Shown here one piece after another: positions 1 to 9,379 of a stretch of 64,000 nt of DNA. Source of the stretch: Candidatus Falkowbacteria bacterium HGW-Falkowbacteria-1 (lineage in GTDB: Bacteria; Patescibacteriota; Patescibacteriia; Patescibacteriales; UBA12465); the NCBI GenBank assembly GCA_002840305.1, contig PHAI01000001.1, positions 229,463-293,462 on the forward strand, in the 5' to 3' direction. The position numbers were made by a program, and so were the translations under genes. Positions within the stretch are counted from its first letter, which is position 1. Every line of letters starts with the position of its first letter. The notes beneath the pieces are model-generated. The model worked only from the letters and a program-made list of their open reading frames with translations. It had not been told where the DNA came from and did not search any database.

Positions 1-2
1 AT

Positions 3-497
3 TACAAGACTGGCTCTCGTCAATCTAATTTATCTAGCTTTCATAGTTCTCTTTTTCAAGATTTAGAAGCGACTAAATGGAAGGCGATAAATTCGCAACA
101 ATATGGGGGTGAACTGCCAGTTTATTGGGGTGTGTATTTAGAAAAAGGTTTGTCATCTTACAAAATTTTCGCTGATTTAAATGGTAATTTTATAATTGAT
201 GATGGCGAGGACGATATTTCCTTGGGAGCCAAGAACTTCGATTTTTTAAGTAGTTCAATTATTAATGATATAAATTTAGGAGATCGTGTTTCTATTCTTT
301 TTTCAACCGAAGATGGTTTCCCGATATTTTATGATATTGATGGCGACATAATCTCGGGAGACGACTTAATTATAGAAATCAGGGATGGTGATTTTAATTT
401 TGGAAAGTTGATATTTTTAAACTCATTTGCTTTGGTAGATTTTGCTGATTGTTTTTGTTCGGTCGGATATGAAAATCAATGTTCTTGGTGTGAATAA
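3..497 (+). CDS. 3' part of a CDS running off the left edge (unknown function, first gene of the pseudopilin-like cluster)
   Basis: The frame of the listed 132..497 ORF has no stop back to base 3, so the GTG at 132 is probably internal. Asp/Gly/Ile-rich with a C-terminal Cys cluster CFCSVGYENQCSWCE. No family recognised. Confidence 0.45.
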   Translation, partial: YKTGSRQSNLSSFHSSLFQDLEATKWKAINSQQYGGELPVYWGVYLEKGLSSYKIFADLNGNFIIDDGEDDISLGAKNFDFLSSSIINDINLGDRVSILFSTEDGFPIFYDIDGDIISGDDLIIEIRDGDFNFGKLIFLNSFALVDFADCFCSVGYENQCSWCE

Positions 498-506
498 TTA
501 TATATT

Positions 507-1088
507 ATGTTTATGTTAAAAAATAAAAAATTGCAGCGTGAACGAGAAATATTTTCACATAAATTTATTACTTGGACGTCGAAGACGTCTTTGCGTGGCT
601 TTACTCTGATGGAGGTGGTAGTCATACTTTTTGTTTTAAGTGTTGGTATTTTGGCTATTCTTTCTTTGGCCAGACGAAGTTCTTATTTTCAGAGTGTTAA
701 GAAAAACCTAATAGTCGCTTCTTATTTGTCTCAAGAGGGCATAGAATTAATGAAAAACATTAGAGATACCAATATCATCTTGGAGGATAGCTATGATAAT
801 TGGGACGGGTTTTCTTCGGCCGGGGTGGGTGAATTTACCTACAAAGTTGATTTTTTTACCTTATTGGCCACCACTTGCCCTTCTATAGATGAAGCTGTTT
901 TGCAGAATGATAAGGATGGATTTTTTGGTCACATTAAAGACGGTGAAGATTCTATTTTTAAAAGACTAATTACTGTTAGGGCCGAGACTAGCTCTAGCAC
1001 AACGGTAGAGTCATGGGTTGAATGGACAGAGAGAGGGCAAACTTATGATTATAAACTGGAGACTATTTTATATGATCTATCTTTATAA
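507..1088 (+). CDS. type IV pilin-like protein / pseudopilin (prepilin-type N-terminal cleavage-methylation motif)
   Basis: ATG start. N-terminus ...SLRG|FTLMEVVVILFVLSVGILAIL is a class III signal: G|FTLxE followed by a hydrophobic helix. Confidence 0.75.
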   Translation: MFMLKNKKLQREREIFSHKFITWTSKTSLRGFTLMEVVVILFVLSVGILAILSLARRSSYFQSVKKNLIVASYLSQEGIELMKNIRDTNIILEDSYDNWDGFSSAGVGEFTYKVDFFTLLATTCPSIDEAVLQNDKDGFFGHIKDGEDSIFKRLITVRAETSSSTTVESWVEWTERGQTYDYKLETILYDLSL

Positions 1089-1614
1089 AAACAAAAAAGA
1101 AAGAGCCTTTACTTTGATTGAGATTTTAGTTTCTATTTCGATCTTGGTTTTTATTTTATTAAGCCTTTCTAGCATTTTAAGAAGTATATCAGTTAATCAA
1201 AAAGAGCTTTCTGCCGATTCTTTGACCTTGAATAACGTAGATTATTTTTTAAGGATAGCTAGCGATAATTTGCGACAGGCCCAAAAAAGTGACGGTTCTC
1301 TATGTGGTATAGCCGAAAATAAATTTTTTAATACAGGAGATGCTTATATAGATTTTATAAAAGATGGTGAGTGTTATAGTTTTGAATTGTTTGATGATGG
1401 TGGTGTGAACAGGGTTGTTATGTATGCAGGATCTAAGGGGAATAATTATATAAGCTCTAGAAATATTGATATTGCCAGTTTGTTTTTTGAAGTTGAGGAC
1501 TATATTGAATATGGTCAACCAATAGTAACTATTTTTATTAAAGCAGCGCCAGTTAATGGTTTGAGTAATTATATATCCGATCAGACTAGTGTTTCAGTCG
1601 GATATTATGAGTAA
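1072..1614 (+). CDS. type IV pilin-like protein / pseudopilin
   Basis: The ORF track starts at TTG 1018, inside the previous gene. ATG 1072 gives MIYLYKNKKERA|FTLIEILVSISILVFILL, a canonical prepilin motif. Confidence 0.7.
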   Translation: MIYLYKNKKERAFTLIEILVSISILVFILLSLSSILRSISVNQKELSADSLTLNNVDYFLRIASDNLRQAQKSDGSLCGIAENKFFNTGDAYIDFIKDGECYSFELFDDGGVNRVVMYAGSKGNNYISSRNIDIASLFFEVEDYIEYGQPIVTIFIKAAPVNGLSNYISDQTSVSVGYYE

Positions 1615-1619
1615 AAGTT

Positions 1620-2672
1620 ATGAGCAAAAATATCTTTATAAATAAAAAAAATAATTTACCTGGTAGCGCGATTCTAGTTTCTATTATTATTTTGGGGTCA
1701 GTTTTTATAGTGGCCTTTGGTTCGGCCTATATGTCTATTGTGAATATGTCGAGAGGGGTTAGTTTGTCTGAAAATATAAAGTCCGAAGAGGCATCTCGAG
1801 CTGGAATAGAAAGATTTAAGTTTGAATTTTATTCTAATGGTTTTGATGCTAGTGGTGCTTGCGATGATCCGATTTTTTCTTCTCAAATTAGTGATGATTT
1901 GTCGTATACTATTTATTGTGATGATTCCACAGGTAAAAATGTTTTCTATTCTCTTGGTGTTTATAAAGATAAAGAGGTTTTGAACAAAATAAAAGCTAAA
2001 GGATTATTTGAAGATTGTGGTGATTACTTATTTTACGAGGGCGAGCTTTATGGGACGGTTGAAATAGGTGACCAATGTTGGATGAATAAAAATTTAAATA
2101 TCGGGACAGAAATAACTCAATATGAAAATCCAACAGACAATTATATAATAGAAAAATTTTGTTATAGTGGAGATTATAATTTTTGTGATTCATACGGAGG
2201 CCTATATACGTGGGACGAGGCTATGCAATATGTTAATGAGCCCATGTTTCGGGGCATATGTCCTGATGGTTGGCACATACCAAGCGATGAAGAGTTCAAA
2301 GAATTGGAATCTTTTTTAGGAATGGACGAGATAGAATTAGATGAATATAGCTATAGAGGCAATGATGAGCTAGTTGGAGGAAAAATGAAAAGTACAAGAA
2401 CTGATTTGGATGATCCAACATGGACTTATCCAAATACTAATGCTAGTAATGAAAGTGGATTTTTAGCCCTTCCTGGTGGGCGATCTTTTTTTAATTCCGA
2501 GTATAATGATTTCGAAGAAATAAGAGGGCTGTTTTCAGTTTGGTCTTCGTCAGTAGGCGGGGACTATAAAAACCCTATGGCAAGACTTTTGTCTTCTTCT
2601 AATGATGGAATAGCCAGGGAACCAAGAATGGACGCTTCCTATGGCCTGTCTATTCGCTGTCTTAAAGACTAA
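1620..2672 (+). CDS. PilX-like pilus-associated protein with C-terminal FISUMP (Fibrobacter succinogenes major paralogous) domain
   Basis: N-terminus PGSAILVSIIILGSVFIVAFG resembles the PilX N-terminal helix. The C-terminal half carries FISUMP hallmarks (GDQCWMNKNLN, YTWDEAM, CPDGWHIPSDEEFKELE, LALPGGR, SIRCLKD). Confidence 0.7.
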   Translation: MSKNIFINKKNNLPGSAILVSIIILGSVFIVAFGSAYMSIVNMSRGVSLSENIKSEEASRAGIERFKFEFYSNGFDASGACDDPIFSSQISDDLSYTIYCDDSTGKNVFYSLGVYKDKEVLNKIKAKGLFEDCGDYLFYEGELYGTVEIGDQCWMNKNLNIGTEITQYENPTDNYIIEKFCYSGDYNFCDSYGGLYTWDEAMQYVNEPMFRGICPDGWHIPSDEEFKELESFLGMDEIELDEYSYRGNDELVGGKMKSTRTDLDDPTWTYPNTNASNESGFLALPGGRSFFNSEYNDFEEIRGLFSVWSSSVGGDYKNPMARLLSSSNDGIAREPRMDASYGLSIRCLKD

Positions 2673-5115
<2,443 letters not shown>

Positions 5116-5133
5116 TTTTTTGTAATTTATTTT

Positions 5134-6612
5134 TTGAAAATGGATTTTCATAAGTTTACAATTAAAGAATTGTCTAGAATTTTACAAAAAAAAGAAATTA
5201 GTTCTTTGGATTTGTGTAATTTTTTCTTGGATAGAATTAGAAATATAGATAGTAAATTAAAAACTTGTATCAGCGTTTTCGAAGAAGAGGCTAAAAAACA
5301 AGCTATTTTAGCTGATAAAATGATAGCCAACGGGGAGAAGGGGGAATTAATAGGCATCCCTTATTTAGTAAAGGATAATATGCTGGTCAAAGGTTTTAAA
5401 ACAACTGCCGCTTCTAAAATGCTAGAAAATTACATAGCTCCTTATGACGCCACTGTAATAAAAAGATTAAAGGATTCCGGGGCTGTTCTATTGGGAAAAA
5501 CAAATATGGATGAGTTTGCTCATGGGGCTTCAACTGAAAATTCGGCCTTTTTTGTAACCAAAAACCCCTGGGATTTAGAAAGAGTACCGGGTGGGAGTTC
5601 TGGTGGGTCAGCGTCTGCTGTTTCAGCTGGTTTATGTGTTTTTGCCTTGGGTAGTGACACTGGCGGATCGATTCGCCAGCCAGCCAGTTTTTGTGGGGTC
5701 AGCGGTTTAAAACCAAGCTATTCCAGGGTCTCTAGATTTGGTTTAATTTCTATGACTTCTTCGACTGATGTTATTGGTCCGATTGCCAAAAGCGTAGAAG
5801 ATGTCGCTATGGTTATGAAAGTTATTTCAGGTTTTGATGAAAATGATTTAAGTAGCGCCAATCTTGATGTTGAGGATTATTTAAAAAATATTAATAAAAG
5901 TATAAAAGGTTTAAAGATAGGCGTTGTTAAAGAATTTGTTGATAGTTTAGACGAGAAATTTAAAGAGGTTATAAATCAGGCTATTTTGACTTTTGAAAAT
6001 TTGGGAGCAAAAATAAAATTTATTTCATTACCATATAACAAATATGCTGGTCCAGTTTATTACATTATTACCCCTTCTGAGATAAGTTCAAATTTAGCTC
6101 GCTTAGATGGAATAAGATATGGTTTTTCTGCTGATTATAAATCTAAAGGTAGTTCGGCCGAAAATTTAAATGAGCTATATTTAAATAACAGGGGCCAATC
6201 TTTTGGGCCAGAAGTGAAAAGAAGAATAATGCTTGGAACATATACTTTGAGTTCTGGCTATTTTGATGCTTATTATAAAAAGGCAATGGCCGTTAGAGAA
6301 AAGATAGAACAAGAATTTAATGATGTTTTTTCTGAAGTTGATGTTATTTTGACCCCAACATCTCCTCACGTTGCTTTTAAAATCGGAGAAAAAATAAACG
6401 ATCCTGTCAAAATGTATTTAGAGGATATTTTCGTAACAGGGCCTTCCTTGTCTGGTCTTCCGGCCATATCTATACCGGCTGGGTTCGTGGATAATTTACC
6501 GCTTGGAATTCAAATTTTTGCTAATAAATTCAAAGAGGACTTGGTTTTAAATTTGGCTAATAATTTTCAATCAAAAACAGACTTTCACAAAAAGTCGCCA
6601 GATATAAATTAA
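5134..6612 (+). CDS. gatA: Asp/Glu-tRNA amidotransferase subunit A
   Basis: Amidase signature GGSSGGSASAV and SDTGGSIRQPA. The TTG at 5134 may be replaced by ATG 5140 as the true start. Confidence 0.93.
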   Translation: MKMDFHKFTIKELSRILQKKEISSLDLCNFFLDRIRNIDSKLKTCISVFEEEAKKQAILADKMIANGEKGELIGIPYLVKDNMLVKGFKTTAASKMLENYIAPYDATVIKRLKDSGAVLLGKTNMDEFAHGASTENSAFFVTKNPWDLERVPGGSSGGSASAVSAGLCVFALGSDTGGSIRQPASFCGVSGLKPSYSRVSRFGLISMTSSTDVIGPIAKSVEDVAMVMKVISGFDENDLSSANLDVEDYLKNINKSIKGLKIGVVKEFVDSLDEKFKEVINQAILTFENLGAKIKFISLPYNKYAGPVYYIITPSEISSNLARLDGIRYGFSADYKSKGSSAENLNELYLNNRGQSFGPEVKRRIMLGTYTLSSGYFDAYYKKAMAVREKIEQEFNDVFSEVDVILTPTSPHVAFKIGEKINDPVKMYLEDIFVTGPSLSGLPAISIPAGFVDNLPLGIQIFANKFKEDLVLNLANNFQSKTDFHKKSPDIN

Positions 6613-6640
6613 ATTTTTTAAATAATTAATTTTTAAAATT

Positions 6641-7375
6641 ATGATTAAGGACATGTTTAAAGACAAAAGAATTAGCGCCATTTTTACTGTTGTTTTTACT
6701 TTTTTGTTGATTATGGTGGTTTTTGTTATTGCCAAGAGTGATTTTGGCAAAACAAAAAAACACCAAGAACTTTCTGCTGAAGACATAGAGTCTTTGGTCG
6801 CAGCTGGCGATTTTTTATCGCCAAGTTTGAGATCGGTTGATGATAGTGATGTTTTTCTGGGCAAAAAAAATGCCGATGTAGAGCTTATAGTTTATGAGGA
6901 TTTGTCTAGTTATTATTCTGCTGAATTTAGTAAAACTATTGATTCAATTAGGCAGAATTTTGGTGATAAAGTTCTCGTAGCTTTTCGTCCTTATGCCAAC
7001 AAAATGTTTCCTCTTTCAATATCGACAAATCTTTGGGCTCAATGTGCTATGGAGCAGGGGAAATTTTTTGAAGCAAGAAAATTGTTGTTAAAGCAAGCAG
7101 AAAACGAAACACTTTCTGAGGAATATTTTTCTAATTACGCCAAAGAAATAGGCCTTAATTTAGATTCTCTCGAAAAATGCGTTAAAGGGGAAAAATATTT
7201 AGCTAAGTTGGAAGGCCTGAAAAAAGAAGCCGAAAGATTTGATGTTTATGGTGCGCCGACAGTTTTTGTTAATAATGAAATGATAATAGGGGCCAGATCT
7301 TTTGAGGATGTTACAAATGGAGATGGGCAAAATTTAGAAGGAATGAAGAATATTATAAGTAGAAATTTGAAGTAA
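6641..7375 (+). CDS. membrane-anchored DsbA/thioredoxin-fold protein lacking the CxxC active site
   Basis: N-terminal TM helix. DsbA-family layout (VELIVYEDLSSYYSAEF ... QCAMEQGKFFEA ... GAPTVFVNNEMIIG), but SYYS sits where CPxC is expected. Confidence 0.7.
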   Translation: MIKDMFKDKRISAIFTVVFTFLLIMVVFVIAKSDFGKTKKHQELSAEDIESLVAAGDFLSPSLRSVDDSDVFLGKKNADVELIVYEDLSSYYSAEFSKTIDSIRQNFGDKVLVAFRPYANKMFPLSISTNLWAQCAMEQGKFFEARKLLLKQAENETLSEEYFSNYAKEIGLNLDSLEKCVKGEKYLAKLEGLKKEAERFDVYGAPTVFVNNEMIIGARSFEDVTNGDGQNLEGMKNIISRNLK

Positions 7376-7631
7376 TTAAATTTAGATAAATTATGTTGAA
7401 AATGTTTTTATTGCAGTTTCTTTTAGATACTGATGTTCATTTTTATTTAAGGGAATTAGAGGGAAAGATTAATATAAAAAAAATACTTAAAACCAAGAAA
7501 AAATAATTTTTTCTTTGTTTTATTTTTTTGGAGAGCTTCCCGTGTAATTACGAACCTTTCGTTTTGTGACGCTGGATTTCGCCATGTAAAAGTTTTTGTT
7601 ATGCTTTGCATAAGCTAAAACTAACGTGGCT

Positions 7632-7637
7632 TATAAT
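7632..7637 (+). promoter_or_regulatory. candidate -10 box (TATAAT) placing a transcription start near the tRNA 5' fragment at 7646
   Basis: Perfect TATAAT 8 nt upstream of 7646. The only TTGCAT -35-like hexamer (7606..7611) is 20 nt away, so the spacing is poor. Confidence 0.3.
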
Positions 7638-7645
7638 AAAATATT

Positions 7646-7671
7646 GGAGAGTTCGCATAGTGGTCTAGTGC
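7646..7671 (+). repeat. 26-nt exact duplicate of the 5' end (acceptor + D arm) of tRNA-Ser(GGA)
   Basis: GGAGAGTTCGCATAGTGGTCTAGTGC is identical to 8008..8033. The sequences diverge immediately afterwards, and no T arm or 3' acceptor follows. Confidence 0.9.
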
Positions 7672-7749
7672 CAGTCTTCGGCTGGTCAGTCACAGGCTGA
7701 CGCTAAATATTTTAAACTAAATGTATGGCTTGAAATATTTTTTATAAAA

Positions 7750-8001
7750 ATCATATTTTACACATATTTATTAAGAAGTAAAATTAAAAAATGGACCTAC
7801 ATTGGGCCTACAAAAAATTTATGTAGAAGGTTTAAAGAGCATAATAGCGGTAAGGTAAAATCAACGAGCCCATATTTGCCATTTGATTTGATTTATTATG
7901 AAGCATATAATAATTATACATTAGCCAGAAAAAGAGAAATTGAATTAAAAAAGAAGGGGCAACAGAAGGAAATTTTAATGGCAAGATTGAATATAGTATA
8001 A
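7750..8001 (+). CDS. small stand-alone GIY-YIG nuclease-domain protein (no canonical start codon)
   Basis: Manual translation of the frame ending at TAA 7999..8001 gives (I)IFYTYLLRSKIKKWTYIGPTKNLCRRFKEHNSGKVKSTSPYLPFDLIYYEAYNNYTLARKREIELKKKGQQKEILMARLNIV. This shows the Y..Y / YIG / R..H / E pattern of COG2827-type GIY-YIG proteins. The frame is open from 7669, but only ATA/ATC codons (7744, 7750, 7753) precede the domain, which is why it is absent from the ORF track. Confidence 0.55.
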   Translation: MIFYTYLLRSKIKKWTYIGPTKNLCRRFKEHNSGKVKSTSPYLPFDLIYYEAYNNYTLARKREIELKKKGQQKEILMARLNIV

Positions 8002-8007
8002 ACATTT

Positions 8008-8095
8008 GGAGAGTTCGCATAGTGGTCTAGTGCGCACGCTTGGAAAGCGTGTATACCGCAAGGTATCAAGGGTTCAAATCCCTTACTCTCCGCCA
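8008..8095 (+). tRNA. tRNA-Ser (anticodon GGA), class II with long variable arm, CCA encoded
   Basis: Manual cloverleaf: acceptor GGAGAGT/ACTCTCC; D arm GCA..TGC with GG; anticodon stem CACGC/GCGTG with loop TTGGAAA; variable stem ATACC/GGTAT; T arm AAGGG-TTCAAAT-CCCTT; G73; CCA. Confidence 0.95.
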
Positions 8096-8098
8096 AAC

Positions 8099-8126
8099 AA
8101 AAAACCCGAACTGCTTCGGGTTTTTT
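8099..8126 (+). terminator. rho-independent terminator after tRNA-Ser(GGA)
   Basis: A-tract, stem CCCGAA / TTCGGG with loop CTGC, then TTTTTT. Confidence 0.8.
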
Positions 8127-8144
8127 GTTTGCTGAAGATAAAAA

Positions 8145-8278
8145 GAGGGATTTGAAAGCCGGAGGCGATGTGTGAGCATAACGAACACCGCCGAGGCCGG
8201 GTCGGGGAGCTTAGCGAGCGACGAGCAAAGCGAGAAAGCGAGGCTTGGCTACCGTGACCAAACCCCTTACTCTCCGCG
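8145..8278 (+). repeat. GC-rich element, copy L, ending in a second copy of the tRNA-Ser 3' end (CCCTTACTCTCCGCG)
   Basis: GAGGGATTTGAAAGCC...GGAGGCGATGTGTGAGCATAACGAACACCGCCGAGGCCGGGTCGGGGAGCTTAGCGAGCGACGAGCAAAGCGAGAAAGCGAGGCTTGGCTACCGTGACCAAACCCCTTACTCTCCGCG. Near-identical to 9087..9259 apart from scattered substitutions and a ~39-nt indel. Confidence 0.85.
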
Positions 8279-8295
8279 AAAACAATTTTAAGAAT

Positions 8296-8334
8296 AAAAA
8301 AAGTCGAATTGCGAGATTCGACTTTGTTTGTTTT
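8296..8334. terminator. bidirectional hairpin terminator (serves the minus-strand gene 8333..8887)
   Basis: AAAAAAA, stem GTCGAAT / ATTCGAC with loop TGCGAG, then TTTGTTTGTTTT. Confidence 0.7.
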
Positions 8335-8887
8335 AGACTGTTTTAAATTCATCAAAATTGCCTGATTTTATATCGGCAACTGTCATGATTATATAAAACA
8401 ATCCACCTGCTAGAGTTGCCCACAATGGTGCGCCCCTTAAATCTCCACTTATTATGTTGATAAAACAGATTAATGCCATTCCTGACAGAATTCCAAAATA
8501 GGGCAAATGGCTAATACCTCCCAGGCTTATTTTTCCTTTTTGAGGGTAGCCCCAGTCTGGTTTGTGGGACGGCCTTAAGTTCATCCATGCAAAAATTGTG
8601 GCGAGTATAATAGAGAAAGCAATAAAGATAACCCACTCTAAGTTAGTAATTTCACCTTTTATTGCAAGGTGAATAAAGCCATTTGTAATCCATACTAGGC
8701 CGAATAAATCTCCATAGGTTTGTGTGTAAAAATCTTCCCAGTATAAAAATTTTTGCTTACTACTTGAGATAATAGATTTACGAGATGGTAGGTTGCCTCT
8801 TTTTTTGTCTAATTGCTCAGCCAAGTATTGAGATAGACAAAATAAAGTATTTAAAAGAGCGACTAAATAAAAAACTGACCAGTTCAT
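8333..8887 (-). CDS. integral membrane protein, unknown function
   Basis: 184 aa with several hydrophobic helices and no recognised motif. Flanked by the ~210-250 bp direct repeats. Confidence 0.6.
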   Translation of the reverse strand: MNWSVFYLVALLNTLFCLSQYLAEQLDKKRGNLPSRKSIISSSKQKFLYWEDFYTQTYGDLFGLVWITNGFIHLAIKGEITNLEWVIFIAFSIILATIFAWMNLRPSHKPDWGYPQKGKISLGGISHLPYFGILSGMALICFINIISGDLRGAPLWATLAGGLFYIIMTVADIKSGNFDEFKTV

Positions 8888-9008
8888 GATTTCCTCCGTT
8901 TTTTAGTTATTTTTTAATGAATTGTGTCTGTATTATATCATATTTTTTGCGATATGTCAATATTTCAGGTTTTGGTATATTTTACTTAATGAATTTTTGA
9001 ATAAAAAA

Positions 9009-9037
9009 GTTCCAACTACGTCCCACTCTCTCCGCCA
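9009..9037 (+). repeat. degenerate copy of a tRNA-Ser 3' end (no 5' half upstream)
   Basis: GTTCCAACTACGTCCCACTCTCTCCGCCA compared with GGTTCAAATCCCTTACTCTCCGCCA of the tRNA at 8071..8095. It is followed by a copy of that tRNA's terminator. Confidence 0.75.
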
Positions 9038-9040
9038 AAT

Positions 9041-9070
9041 AAAAAACCTGACTTGCGTCAGGTTTTTTTT
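9041..9070 (+). terminator. copy of the tRNA-Ser(GGA) terminator with compensatory stem changes
   Basis: Stem CCTGAC / GTCAGG (loop TTGC) plus a T-tract. Relative to 8105..8120, two stem positions changed on both arms so pairing is preserved. Confidence 0.7.
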
Positions 9071-9086
9071 GTTTGGAGATGGCTAG

Positions 9087-9259
9087 GAGGGATTTGAAAG
9101 CCCTCCTTCGCCATATTTCATATGGCTTCGGCGGGTAAACCGGAGGCGATGCGTGAGCATAGCGAACACTGCCGAGGCCGGGTCGGGGAGTTTAGCGAGC
9201 GACGAGCGAAGCGAGAAGGCGAGGCTTAGCTACCGTGGCCGAATCCCTTACTCTCCGCG
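9087..9259 (+). repeat. GC-rich element, copy R, with ~39-nt extra hairpin insert, ending in AATCCCTTACTCTCCGCG
   Basis: Aligns to 8145..8278. The extra segment 9103..9141 contains the perfect hairpin GCCATAT-TTC-ATATGGC. The last 17 nt before the final G match the tRNA-Ser(GGA) T-arm/acceptor exactly. Confidence 0.85.
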
Positions 9260-9379
9260 CTTGATTTTTATTGGTAATTTCTGTAATATATAAGCATAAG
9301 AAATCTTCGTTTTTTTTATTATTAAATAAAAAATATGGCAAAATAATTTTTTTTATTTTTATTATTAAATTTATTTTTT

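Noticed and set aside
1018-1071. N-terminal extensions from TTG or other upstream starts in the ORF track (1018, 18591, 40937, 52943, 60102).
   Set aside because: Each extension overlaps a neighbouring gene or a divergent promoter and adds junk-like sequence. Downstream ATGs give canonical N-termini: a prepilin leader, YIIHGW, the Rossmann GxxGxxG, and a TM start.
7393-7506. A 37-aa ORF (MLKMFLLQFLLDTDVHFYLRELEGKINIKKILKTKKK) in the gap after the DsbA-like gene.
   Set aside because: It is short and low-complexity with no supporting motif, and could easily arise by chance in AT-rich sequence.
7531-7560. GGAGAGCTTCCCGTG as a third, older tRNA-Ser 5' remnant or a small RNA gene in the 7507..7645 gap.
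   Set aside because: Similarity to the tRNA is limited to GGAGAG plus a few bases. Local hairpins (GTAATTAC, TTATGC-TTT-GCATAA) are not enough to call an RNA gene.
7646-7760. The first tRNA-like start as an intron-containing or split tRNA, with the GIY-YIG ORF as an intron ORF.
   Set aside because: Identity to the real tRNA stops after the D arm, before the anticodon stem. The downstream tRNA is complete with its own 5' half, and no separate 3' exon exists for the first copy. A group I intron in the anticodon loop does not fit.
7832-8355. Minus-strand ORFs 7832..8020, 7914..8096 and 8083..8355.
   Set aside because: They run antisense through the GIY-YIG ORF, the tRNA-Ser gene and the GC-rich repeat. 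They are open only because those segments lack stop codons on the opposite strand.
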